Positions 24,862 to 33,185 of a stretch of DNA of 39,251 bases are shown one piece after another. Position 1 is the stretch's first letter; every line of letters begins with the position of its first letter. This stretch comes from a virus. The notes beneath the pieces were generated by a model, which saw only the letters and a program-made list of their open reading frames with translations, ran no database searches and was not told the origin of the DNA. The stretch covers positions 1 through 39,251 of IMG/VR virus record IMGVR_UViG_3300045988_063349; one strand, given 5' to 3'. The translations under genes and the position numbers were made by a program.

Positions 24862-25077
24862 TTATTTATAATTGTCTCCGTCGTATGTGATATAAACCAC
24901 CTTATCGAGATTGATTGTATGCGCCACAGCATCACCTTCCGGTATTGTCATAAGCCGGTTATCTATCTCGATTTCGCTCATGTCAACCTCATCAATGTCC
25001 AAAACGGTTCCGTTCTCAAATTCCACGTGCACATCAACCAAGGTTTTCTCTGTTTTGTCAATCGTGTTTTTCTGCAT
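24862..25077 (-). CDS. Hypothetical protein (71 aa)
   Basis: ORF track; co-oriented and tightly packed. Confidence 0.5.
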   Translation of the reverse strand: MQKNTIDKTEKTLVDVHVEFENGTVLDIDEVDMSEIEIDNRLMTIPEGDAVAHTINLDKVVYITYDGDNYK

Positions 25078-25081
25078 GTTC

Positions 25082-25273
25082 TTAACCTTCTGTGTGCGGT
25101 ATGATTTTTACATACTTTATACTTTCCACGTCAACTGTATACAGATTTCCATACATATCGGCACACACAATCCATTTTTCCGTGCTCATTTCCGATATGC
25201 CGTCCTCTGCACTTGTACCATTCACACACAGCATTTCGTCATCTTTAAAACAGATAATCACATCTTTCTTCAC
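25082..25273 (-). CDS. Hypothetical protein (63 aa)
   Basis: ORF track; co-oriented and tightly packed. Confidence 0.5.
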   Translation of the reverse strand: MKKDVIICFKDDEMLCVNGTSAEDGISEMSTEKWIVCADMYGNLYTVDVESIKYVKIIPHTEG

Positions 25274-25276
25274 GGC

Positions 25277-25477
25277 TTATACCTCGCTTTCGCAGACTCT
25301 CGTTTCTTCCCCGCACACGGGGCAAACGATGTATTTATATATATACATCCCGCTCTTGATATTGTACCTGCTACCTTGCTTTACATCAATCGGAAGGTAC
25401 TCCAATCGAGAGCCGCAGTTATCGCAAGACGTCCTCTCGTTTTTGCATGTTGCTATAATTTTAACCACAGTAACCAC
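25277..25477 (-). CDS. Zinc-ribbon protein (66 aa)
   Basis: CDNCGS ... CPVCGE pairs. Confidence 0.55.
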   Translation of the reverse strand: MVTVVKIIATCKNERTSCDNCGSRLEYLPIDVKQGSRYNIKSGMYIYKYIVCPVCGEETRVCESEV

Positions 25478-25480
25478 CTC

Positions 25481-25759
25481 TCACAAGTCAAGCAGCTCGT
25501 TTAAAAAAACCAAGCCCGCGATCGTCGCACAAGCTCCGACAAGTACGCCAGCGCAAATTCTCGCTGGTAACAGCAAAGCAACATTGTTAAAAGTGCTAGC
25601 TGTGACGCTGTCTGCAATCATGACTCCAACCGTTGCACCGCACGCAAGCGCGCGCACATATACCAGCACCTTTAACGTCAACATCACCAACTTTTCAAAC
25701 CTTTTCACCGCGTTCCTCCGTATACAATCGCCCAGATTGCAAAAATCGCAATCAGCCAT
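25481..25759 (-). CDS. Small membrane protein (92 aa)
   Basis: Two hydrophobic segments in the C-terminal half. Confidence 0.5.
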   Translation of the reverse strand: MADCDFCNLGDCIRRNAVKRFEKLVMLTLKVLVYVRALACGATVGVMIADSVTASTFNNVALLLPARICAGVLVGACATIAGLVFLNELLDL

Positions 25760-25790
25760 ATTGCAACAATCACCCTTGACATTGTAATCA

Positions 25791-26087
25791 TCACTTACTC
25801 TCCCTTTCCTCTAACCGCTGCATCCAGCGTTTTTCCTTCTCCGCTCTGATATGCGCAACGATCTCCCAATCCAGCAGGCTGAGCAGTTCGCCCAAACTTA
25901 CGTATACGTCCGCGACTTCTTCTAGCAAGTCTGTATGCGCATTTTGGTATGTTTTCGGCGTAGGGTTATCGCTCGTCAGCGTCCGACGCTCTTTGAGCGC
26001 TGCCTGCGCCAGCTCCGCTGCTTCCTCTGCCAACTGGCAGAGGAGCGTCTCGCGCGTCAAATAGTCTCTCGGTCTTGTCTTTATCAT
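25791..26087 (-). CDS. MazG-like nucleotide pyrophosphohydrolase (98 aa)
   Basis: ATG 26087 is 1 nt after the upstream stop. Motifs LAEEAAELAQA (EExxE) and LLEEVADVYV (ExxD). Confidence 0.55.
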   Translation of the reverse strand: MIKTRPRDYLTRETLLCQLAEEAAELAQAALKERRTLTSDNPTPKTYQNAHTDLLEEVADVYVSLGELLSLLDWEIVAHIRAEKEKRWMQRLEERESK

Positions 26088-26088
26088 G

Positions 26089-26487
26089 TCAATCCTCCTC
26101 ACTGTAGACTTCCGGCAGCGGCATCCATGCGTTAACATCCTCACACACAAGCCCGTCATATGTCTCCCAATGTAGCTTTTTGTTAAAACGTACACAGCAT
26201 CCCGTGAGGACTCTGCCAGCGTCTGAAACTAGCACAACGTCAGAGACGCGCAGCATATCGTCCTCAAACTCGTCTTTGTGCATCTCCGGCAACCGCTCTT
26301 TACACGGGATCCAGCGCGGCTTGCTCTTCAGTGCCCGCACAGCCATGCGCAGAGCCTCCAGCTCAACCTCCACGTCGTGCAACTCTACTCGTGCGTCCTC
26401 GCTGTAATCGCCCAGCAGCGTCCACTCAAATTCCTCGCATTTCTCAATCATCGAGTTGAGCCGCTCGACCGCTTGTTTAGTCGTCAT
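26089..26487 (-). CDS. DUF551-like protein (132 aa)
   Basis: WIPCKERLPE ... AWMPLPE pattern. Confidence 0.55.
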   Translation of the reverse strand: MTTKQAVERLNSMIEKCEEFEWTLLGDYSEDARVELHDVEVELEALRMAVRALKSKPRWIPCKERLPEMHKDEFEDDMLRVSDVVLVSDAGRVLTGCCVRFNKKLHWETYDGLVCEDVNAWMPLPEVYSEED

Positions 26488-26511
26488 GATTTTGCTCCTC
26501 TCTGCAACTCT

Positions 26512-26898
26512 TTAATCCGGTGCTGTTTGCGACACGTCGGAGCTGTTGTTGCTCGCGGTCGTGATTTGCAGTTCCACGTTCCGCCGCTGTCCAGTCGTCA
26601 GCCCGCGGCTTTCGCGCTCACTCGAGTCCCCTCCTGCCAGCCTCGAGACAATATCGCGCTCAATCTCATACGCGGTCACAATCGAATCCTCTTCGCCCAT
26701 CCCGCACCCGCAGACGGCGTCGCTGACGGCTGCCTGCACAATCCGGATGACGTCAAACGCCGTGTACAGCTTGCCGGTGTGCGCCGCGTCGATTACCGCA
26801 GTCAGTGCCGTGATGTCGTTTTCTTGCGCGGCATAGTCCTCGGTGCGCAAGTATTCTCGTAGCGATTCCAGCTGCTTGATGATTTCCAATTTTGTCAT
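26512..26898 (-). CDS. Hypothetical protein (128 aa)
   Basis: ORF track. Confidence 0.55.
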   Translation of the reverse strand: MTKLEIIKQLESLREYLRTEDYAAQENDITALTAVIDAAHTGKLYTAFDVIRIVQAAVSDAVCGCGMGEEDSIVTAYEIERDIVSRLAGGDSSERESRGLTTGQRRNVELQITTASNNSSDVSQTAPD

Positions 26899-27161
26899 CT
26901 TGTTGCTCCTTTCCGCTTGCTAGTTCGTCCGCCTGTTTTCACATCGATCTTTATCCAGCTTTTGGGTATGTAATACCATTTTCGACAGTCTTTTCCGCTC
27001 ATCCAGTCCGGTCGCGCGTCCGCGCTTGCCTGATCTGGATGTTGTCTAACAAGTCTGTCCAGTTTTCGCGCCAGTGCCGGCTCGTACGTGACGACTTCCG
27101 CAATGTCACTTTCCGCGTTGTACTCGATGATCGTTTCCTGCTCGCTTTTTTCCAGTTGCAT
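26895..27161 (-). CDS. Hypothetical protein (88 aa; start uncertain)
   Basis: ATG 27161 lies 6 nt after AAGGAG. The same frame stays open upstream to 27440. Confidence 0.5.
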   Translation of the reverse strand: MQLEKSEQETIIEYNAESDIAEVVTYEPALARKLDRLVRQHPDQASADARPDWMSGKDCRKWYYIPKSWIKIDVKTGGRTSKRKGATR

Positions 27162-27327
27162 TCTGTCTCCTTTCCGTACAGACTCGCTGTGAGTCTGTAC
27201 TTGTCCCGTTGGTGTAATTTTACGTTTGACTCTTAAAAATCGCTCTGCGGTCAAATTTGACGGGTCTATGACCATTTCCCGCCATGCTCGCAGGGTGTAA
27301 TTTTTAAACCGGTCGAAATCGACCAGC

Positions 27328-28131
27328 TTAAACCTGCACGCCTGCAAATCGCAAGCGGTAGTTTCTCCCGGCTTTTTTAGCGATTTGCAAGGTGTATTTG
27401 CTCGCCCGTTCCGCGATGCGTCCGGCGAGTGCCTCGTCAATCGCGAAAAGCTCTGTGAGCGTCAACTCCGTGCTGATGATTGTCAGCAGTGCAGGGTCAC
27501 AGTATCGCGCATTGATAATCTCCATCGCGATTTGATACTCCTGCTCGCTTGGTTGTTTGTTGCCCTGCGTTTTGAGCAAGTCGTCAACATAGAGCACTTT
27601 GCAAGTCTTAAGCGGATGCAGCAGCTTGCTGTAGTCCTCTGCGTCAAATCTCATTGCCCGCGCTTGCTGGACAAGCTCACCCCAGCGCACGTACCGCGTT
27701 GACGCCCCAGCACGCAGCATCTTGACCGCTACCGCTGTACACAGATGCGTTTTTCCGCATCCGGTCTGCCCTGCGACGTAGAGCCATCCGCGCTCTTTGT
27801 CTGCGAGGTACGCCTTTGCCGTGTCGAGCATCAGCTTTTGCCAGTCTTCTCCGGTCTCAAAGCTCTTAAGCGTGCACTTTGAGGCAAGGTTCGCCAGCCC
27901 GCTCTTTCGCATCCGCGCAATGTCCGCGCGTTTTTGCATACATGCGCACCGCTCTGTCGACTTTTCGCCGTGCTCGATATGCCAGATAAATCCTCGATTC
28001 CGGCACACAGGGCAGTCATAGCCCTGCAAATTGCCGTCCTCATGATTGAGTATGTCCTCAAGCTCTTTATCCGTCGGGTTATGCTCAGATAGTCTTGTAT
28101 CCGTCAAACAGAGCCGCTGCACTTGACTCAC
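27328..28131 (-). CDS. DnaC/IstB-like AAA+ helicase loader
   Basis: Walker A GQTGCGKTH, Walker B LYVDDL, N-terminal CPVC...C.C zinc motif. GTG start at 28131 or 28122. Confidence 0.8.
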   Translation of the reverse strand: MSQVQRLCLTDTRLSEHNPTDKELEDILNHEDGNLQGYDCPVCRNRGFIWHIEHGEKSTERCACMQKRADIARMRKSGLANLASKCTLKSFETGEDWQKLMLDTAKAYLADKERGWLYVAGQTGCGKTHLCTAVAVKMLRAGASTRYVRWGELVQQARAMRFDAEDYSKLLHPLKTCKVLYVDDLLKTQGNKQPSEQEYQIAMEIINARYCDPALLTIISTELTLTELFAIDEALAGRIAERASKYTLQIAKKAGRNYRLRFAGVQV

Positions 28132-28903
28132 CTCCCTTCCGGCGCGGTGTCTTTCCGCTGTCTTGCTCTCGGCCGAGCCAGATATTTACAAACCGCGGGC
28201 AGCCTGCACGTGTTTTCCGTTTCCGCGGGTTTGCGTCCAGCCACGCGATCATCTGCTTGAGTGCAAGGTCTATGTCAACAGCCGGATAAGCCTCTGTCCA
28301 GCTGTCAATCTGACTTTGTGTGACAGCGTAGACCTCGTTTTTGATACACGGCAGTGTATACACAGCTGGCTCGGCGGGTGCAGACGGCGTTTTACGCCTC
28401 TGCGCTAATAATCTTGTATCTGTTTCTGTATCTGTTTCTGTATCTGTATCTGTATCTGTATCTATCTCTATATCTAGCGTCACTTTTTTGTCACTCTCGC
28501 GTAACGCTTGCGTCACATCGGCGTCACATTGTGACGTTTTACGCTCTCTGAGCTTTCTCATTCTGCCCGCAGATGCGGATTCCGAGATGGTCATAGACGG
28601 TGTTTCTGTTAAAAAAGCCTCGGTTTCCGACACCTTTTCAAGCAATCCGCACTTTTCGAGGTACAACATGCAAAACCGCACATTGTCCGCGTCCTCGTCA
28701 AGCTCAAGTGCAATCTCGTCTGCAAACGTGTCCTCGATGCCGTCGTAGTAGATGCGCCCGTTGTTTTTGAGCCCTCGCAGCAGCATTTTGAGATAGATAA
28801 CCGTGTAAGTGTCACCGCCCGCCATGCGGCGTAGCTTTTTGACAGATTTGTCAGTAAAAAAGCTCTCTTTGAGCTTGAGCCAGTACAGCCTCTTTTCGCT
28901 CAA
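28085..28903 (-). CDS. Phage replisome organizer (N-terminal domain) with DnaD-like C-terminus
   Basis: MSEKRLYWLKLKESFFTDKSVKKLR...GDTYTVIYLKMLL N-terminus; acidic D/T/E repeat linker. Confidence 0.75.
   Translation of the reverse strand: MSEKRLYWLKLKESFFTDKSVKKLRRMAGGDTYTVIYLKMLLRGLKNNGRIYYDGIEDTFADEIALELDEDADNVRFCMLYLEKCGLLEKVSETEAFLTETPSMTISESASAGRMRKLRERKTSQCDADVTQALRESDKKVTLDIEIDTDTDTDTETDTETDTRLLAQRRKTPSAPAEPAVYTLPCIKNEVYAVTQSQIDSWTEAYPAVDIDLALKQMIAWLDANPRKRKTRAGCPRFVNIWLGREQDSGKTPRRKGGESSAAALFDGYKTI
28414..28474. repeat. Hexanucleotide-type microsatellite (TATCTG/TTTCTG units) encoding (D/E-T)n
   Basis: Read directly; encodes DIEIDTDTDTDTETDTETDT. Confidence 0.85.
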
Positions 28904-29349
28904 AACGGTACCTCACAGTCATCGTCGGCAATCTCTGCGAAGTCAGACTCTACAGCCGGCTTTTTGTATCTGCTGTTCTGCGTGTATCCGCCATTGTTGT
29001 TCGGAGAGCTTTCGCCGCTCTCACGGGAACGCTTGGACTCGCCAAACTGTACCTCGTCTGCGACAACTTCAATCGACGTGCGGTTGTTGCCGTTCTTGTC
29101 CTGCCAGCGGCGGGACTGGATGCTGCCGACTACAACAATCATCTGACCCTTGGTGAACCACTGCGAAATAAATTCGGCGGTCTTGCGCCATGCGACGATG
29201 TCAATAAAATCCGTCTGTCGCTCTCCATTTTGTCCGGTTCTGTTCCGGTCAACCGCAATAGAGAAGCGGATGACCGGCAGATTACTGCTTGTGTAATTAA
29301 GCTCCGGATCGCGCGTCAGGCGACCCATCAAAATTGCTTTATTCAACAT
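28900..29349 (-). CDS. ssb: Single-stranded DNA-binding protein
   Basis: MLNKAILMGRLTRDPEL OB-fold start and acidic tip DDDCEVPF. Confidence 0.9.
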   Translation of the reverse strand: MLNKAILMGRLTRDPELNYTSSNLPVIRFSIAVDRNRTGQNGERQTDFIDIVAWRKTAEFISQWFTKGQMIVVVGSIQSRRWQDKNGNNRTSIEVVADEVQFGESKRSRESGESSPNNNGGYTQNSRYKKPAVESDFAEIADDDCEVPF

Positions 29350-29980
29350 TGTTATTTCCTCCGATTACATTGCCATCTGAGTCCAGCTTGTCCCACAGGA
29401 ACCGTCCCTTGCCGCTATTACGCCACTGCCCATATCCGTTAAATTTGCCGTAGTCGAGCCATTCACGCACGTAAGGCTCTAACTCTCCGTCAAGCATCTG
29501 CACGGTAAAGTCAACCGTAGAGCCTGCCGGAACGCTGTCGCTACACGCAATAGACGTCCGCTCGCCTTGCGGCGTAGACGCGCGCAGCGGGCGTGTGCAC
29601 TCGTCAATCAGCATGCCATGCAGGTCGATCGGATTTCGGCGCTCCTCGATAAATACGAGCAGGTCGATTTTTCTCTTGTACGCGGACATCTTTGCCGACT
29701 TGCTGCCCTTCACGCGTCGCAGTGCACCAGCTGCACTCTTAAAAAATCCGCGAATCTGGTAATCGTATATATACGGCGTGCCGTCCGGCAGCTTGGGAAA
29801 CACGGTCTTACCCTTCTCTGCCGCGCCCTCGATGCCGAGATTTGCGACCTCGTCCTCAATGCCCTCCGCGTCCGGCGCTTTACTCGCAATGTACTCGCGG
29901 TAGATGTCTCTGTTTTCCGGCAGTCCACCGAGTGCATCCTCGGTGAAAGTCCATCTTACGTGCATTTTTTTGATTTTCAT
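29339..29980 (-). CDS. Conserved-looking hypothetical protein (213 aa)
   Basis: ATG 29980 after AGGAGG. No confident domain. C-terminal Gly-rich motif GYGQWRNSGKGRF. Confidence 0.6.
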   Translation of the reverse strand: MKIKKMHVRWTFTEDALGGLPENRDIYREYIASKAPDAEGIEDEVANLGIEGAAEKGKTVFPKLPDGTPYIYDYQIRGFFKSAAGALRRVKGSKSAKMSAYKRKIDLLVFIEERRNPIDLHGMLIDECTRPLRASTPQGERTSIACSDSVPAGSTVDFTVQMLDGELEPYVREWLDYGKFNGYGQWRNSGKGRFLWDKLDSDGNVIGGNNNVE

Positions 29981-30028
29981 TTTCGTTTCCTCCTGTTTTT
30001 TGTCGTTTGTTGTTGTTTGTCTGAGCAA

Positions 30029-30592
30029 GACTTTACGTCTATCAGCCTTGCTTTGTTAGCGATTCACTGCAGATCAATGCCCTAGCACCTCTTAGCCCTG
30101 CCGTTGCTCCGCTACTCATTTCTTCGCCTTTTCTTTGCTATGCCACGCGTTACTACGCCCTTGCATTTCCTAGCATCTCGATACATTGCCTTAGCTGCTC
30201 GGTTCATTTCTGCGCCCTTTCCGCGCTTAGCAATGCTATTCCGCCGCTAATCTACGCACAGCCAATCCGCCGCATATCTTTGCACTGATGCGCACTTCCG
30301 TTTCCGCGCTTCGCAATGCTTTGCTCTGCCTTTGCTTCTCGCAGCTTCTCTGTGCTATGCCGTTGCTGGTCATAACCTTGCACTGCTGTGCATTTCCGTT
30401 GCCTGTCCACGCCACTCCTCGCCTTGCCTTTGCGCTGCTAGTCTGCTCCTAGCTTAGCCTTTGCCTGTCCTCGCTTTTCCCTACGATGCCTTTGCCGCTC
30501 TCAGCTTTGCTTTGCCTTTGCCGCTCTCAGCTTTGCCTGTCGGCGCAATTCGATGCAGCGCCTTTGCGCTGCTCATCTCATCTACGCTATGC
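30029..30592. other. ORF-free, pyrimidine-skewed (plus strand) degenerate-repeat region; candidate replication origin or long ncRNA
   Basis: No minus-strand ORF of 60 aa or more. For example, 30421..30480 has 3 A and 12 G in 60 nt. Recurring GCCTTTGC / TTAGC motifs. Confidence 0.4.
30487..30536. repeat. Tandem duplication of a 24-mer, TGCCTTTGCCGCTCTCAGCTTTGC (26-bp period)
   Basis: Read directly: 30487..30510 and 30513..30536. Confidence 0.9.
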
Positions 30593-30952
30593 CTACACTT
30601 CGCGGATGCGGATGCCTTGCGTATACAGCATCAATTTGCGCTTTATGACATAGTCCTTTGTGCGCACGCCCTTTGTGTCCTCGACGACGGTTTTGCCGTT
30701 TTGGATATACACAAAGTCTGCAATATATGCGCACTCGCGCTCAAGCAGCTTGCCCTTTTTCACCCCGCCGCGCGTGCCGATTTTGCTCGGCTCGCGCTGG
30801 GTCGGGATAAGTACAAATTTGACCTGCCGCCGGAGATTTGTAATTTCTCCGGCTTGCTCTAAAAGCAGCAACTCGTTGTATCTCTTGTGCTCTTTTTTGC
30901 TGTCAAATGTCAAGCCGTCGCGCCGCACCTTGTGGTTGTGGTATTTAGTCAT
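30593..30952 (-). CDS. DUF1064-family protein (putative structure-specific nuclease)
   Basis: KYHNHKV..DGLTFDSKKEHKRY..L...GEI..L..Q..F ... YIADFVY ... VEDTKG pattern. Confidence 0.65.
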   Translation of the reverse strand: MTKYHNHKVRRDGLTFDSKKEHKRYNELLLLEQAGEITNLRRQVKFVLIPTQREPSKIGTRGGVKKGKLLERECAYIADFVYIQNGKTVVEDTKGVRTKDYVIKRKLMLYTQGIRIREV

Positions 30953-31142
30953 CTGCGATGGTTACCTCCGGCGCAAGAATCATCGCGTACAGATAATTGA
31001 CAAAGTTGTCAATTGCAGCGTAGGTGTCAGTGACCTCGCACTCGTTGCGGTTGAGATAACTGTTTCTTGCCCGCGCAATCATGTCGGCAATCTCGAGCTT
31101 GTTGTAATGCTCCATTTCCAAATATGCTTTCTGCATGCTCAT
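30945..31142 (-). CDS. Hypothetical protein (65 aa)
   Basis: ORF track; overlapping neighbours. Confidence 0.5.
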   Translation of the reverse strand: MSMQKAYLEMEHYNKLEIADMIARARNSYLNRNECEVTDTYAAIDNFVNYLYAMILAPEVTIADD

Positions 31143-31441
31143 TCTCCTTTTTGGTATATAAGCTGGGACTCGTCCCAGTCCGGATACTTACTCTTTAGAT
31201 GCTCTTGCAGATCAAGGCGGATTTCCGCACGGTCTGCCGTTTGGTCATATCGTCGGTGACAGTTGAGGCAGAGCGTGACAATGTTTCGCTCGATACCCAG
31301 ACCGCCCTGCGCTCTGCTGATGTAATGCGCGTTCGGCTGGGCGCGGGGGCTGCCGCACAGTACGCAGCAGCCGCCGTCACGCTTCCAAACAGCGTCTTTC
31401 ACGTGTTTTGATATACTAAGAGCTTTCGTTCTTTTGTGCAT
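31139..31441 (-). CDS. HNH endonuclease (100 aa)
   Basis: CVLCGS ... NAHYISRAQGG ... NIVTLCLNCHRRYD. Confidence 0.8.
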   Translation of the reverse strand: MHKRTKALSISKHVKDAVWKRDGGCCVLCGSPRAQPNAHYISRAQGGLGIERNIVTLCLNCHRRYDQTADRAEIRLDLQEHLKSKYPDWDESQLIYQKGE

Positions 31442-31973
31442 TCCATTCCTCCTGTAGTGCTGCTAATTTATGCGGCGGCAAGGTTTCAATCCCCTGCTCT
31501 TTGCACTCTTCGACCAGCAAATTTATAAGATTTGTCATCTGCTTGCTGTCGTAAGTAGATGATCCGTAGTAGGCAATGATGTTTTCATAACCTTTCAATT
31601 TGCTGCTTCCGGTTCTGGCTGTCACCCATCCAATCCCGTTGTGCTCCCACGCTGCACAGAAAGTATCAACAGCGTCTTTCCTCAGCGGCAAAATCTCAAA
31701 ATTGCCGCCTATCCCGCGAATAAGCTCTCTATACAGCTCTTTTGTGGGGATGTTTAACACCTCGGCAAGTTTTCCGAGCAGCACCCAGCAGTATGCGTTC
31801 GCATCGAGACTACGCCGTTCTCTGTGGCGTTTTATCTCGCAATCGTATATCCTGCCGGATTTGATTTCCGGTTGCAGCTCGAGCGCAAGGCGGCGGGCGG
31901 TTGCTCGATTATCAAACTGCATCCACAGCCCACCGTCCCTGTACTCGACCGCCTTAATCTGCCGTGCCTGCAT
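31416..31973 (-). CDS. NinB/Orf-like recombination mediator (185 aa)
   Basis: RSLDANAYCWVLLGKLAE parallels lambda NinB RSLDQNRKLWACLGDVS (from memory). Confidence 0.5.
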   Translation of the reverse strand: MQARQIKAVEYRDGGLWMQFDNRATARRLALELQPEIKSGRIYDCEIKRHRERRSLDANAYCWVLLGKLAEVLNIPTKELYRELIRGIGGNFEILPLRKDAVDTFCAAWEHNGIGWVTARTGSSKLKGYENIIAYYGSSTYDSKQMTNLINLLVEECKEQGIETLPPHKLAALQEEWNAQKNESS

Positions 31974-32535
31974 GGTCTACGACCTCTTTGTTTGCCGATA
32001 GGTAACAGTCCCAGCAGAGTGGCATACCGTGCATTCTGACAGCATTCTGCGCGATCTGCTCGGCACTGTAGGTGCCTGATTTGACGCGTTTGTCTGTGAT
32101 TGTCTTGCCGCATCGCCCGCACTTTTTCGGCGTGCTTTCCTCCGGCGGCAGGGCGTCGGAATCCTTTGTATCGTCGATACAAAACAAACCATTCAGCGCA
32201 TATTTGCGGGCATAGCTGGACGCGCAGCCGGTAATCTGCATGGTGTCCATGCCTTTCTTTTGTTCCGCCTCTCTCGCAGACGCGGTCACCTCGATGTAAT
32301 CATCGGGTTTCTCTGCGTCTGTCAATCTGGCATGTGCAGTGATGTAAGTGCCGTGCGCCTTATCCTCGATTTTGTCATATACAATCAAGGCAGCACCGTA
32401 CTTCTTTTCTAGAGGCTTGGCAGCCTCAAGAATGCTTTCCGCATTGCGGTATGCGTACTTTCCGAAGCTATTGTACAGGTTTTTCGGAGCTTTCAGCTCT
32501 TCCTGCATAGCAATCAGCTTCTCATAAATGTTCAT
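31954..32535 (-). CDS. erf: ERF-family single-strand annealing protein
   Basis: ATG 32535 (ATGA overlap). MNIYEKLIAMQEELKAPKN..NSFGKYAYRN ... KKGMDTMQITGCASSYARKYALNGLF. Confidence 0.75.
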   Translation of the reverse strand: MNIYEKLIAMQEELKAPKNLYNSFGKYAYRNAESILEAAKPLEKKYGAALIVYDKIEDKAHGTYITAHARLTDAEKPDDYIEVTASAREAEQKKGMDTMQITGCASSYARKYALNGLFCIDDTKDSDALPPEESTPKKCGRCGKTITDKRVKSGTYSAEQIAQNAVRMHGMPLCWDCYLSANKEVVDHAGTAD

Positions 32536-32735
32536 ATTTCTTCCAACTCCTCCGGCACCTTTTTCTCGATGCACTCGGTGCATCCGAGAATCATGTTATC
32601 TGACTTATATACATAAATAAAATCTGGGTCTTGCGCCCCGCAAACCGGACAAATCACCGGTCTGTCCTCTCGTCCGTCCTCATATCCGGTGCGCTCTGCG
32701 TTGCGGATGTAAGGCGGGTCGGGTAAATCAAACAT
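32532..32735 (-). CDS. Zinc-ribbon protein (67 aa)
   Basis: ATG 32735; CPVCG ... CTEC. Confidence 0.5.
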   Translation of the reverse strand: MFDLPDPPYIRNAERTGYEDGREDRPVICPVCGAQDPDFIYVYKSDNMILGCTECIEKKVPEELEEI

Positions 32736-32949
32736 CACGCTCACCTGCCTTGTAGCGGATGACGGATGCCGCGACGCGCGGCGAGATGTCAGGCTCGACA
32801 CAACGCCGGAACTGCGATGCGGTTAACCCGTATCTGCGCGCGCTCTCCCGCTCAATGTGCGGGTTGGTCGTCTTTGAGTAGCACGCAGTGTACTCCATCA
32901 TTTTTTGCAGGTGCTGCTTGAGCCTGCGATTGTAACCGACAACCATCAT
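32728..32949 (-). CDS. Hypothetical protein (73 aa)
   Basis: ORF track. Confidence 0.5.
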   Translation of the reverse strand: MMVVGYNRRLKQHLQKMMEYTACYSKTTNPHIERESARRYGLTASQFRRCVEPDISPRVAASVIRYKAGERDV

Positions 32950-33185
32950 CTCACCTCCTCTTTTTTATAATCGTAAACCTCGCGCCGCTGGTTTCCGCGC
33001 AGTGCTGCCAGCTCGTCGTGCATCGCGCGGTTGTCATCCGAGACGACCTTGTACATTTTGCGATACGTCGCAGCAGCGCGGCGAATATCGTCAATTTTAG
33101 CCTTTGTGCGATAGTGATGCAGCACCCAGCCGATGACGCCGCCGATGTATGCCGCCGACAGCGTACCTATGATATACCAGATCAT
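32946..33185 (-). CDS. Small membrane protein (79 aa)
   Basis: N-terminal TM helix IWYIIGTLSAAYIGGVIGWVL. Confidence 0.55.
   Translation of the reverse strand: MIWYIIGTLSAAYIGGVIGWVLHHYRTKAKIDDIRRAAATYRKMYKVVSDDNRAMHDELAALRGNQRREVYDYKKEEVR

Noticed and set aside
24911-25787. Plus-strand ORFs of 197 aa and 231 aa opposite the small early genes
   Set aside because: They are antisense to a run of tightly packed minus-strand genes, have hydrophobic or low-complexity translations, and lack RBSs.
26895-27440. Full 181-aa ORF as a single CDS overlapping the DnaC-like gene by 113 nt
   Set aside because: The upstream part overlaps dnaC heavily and has no start signals. The internal ATG at 27161 has a strong AAGGAG RBS. 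The true start remains uncertain (27275 is an alternative).
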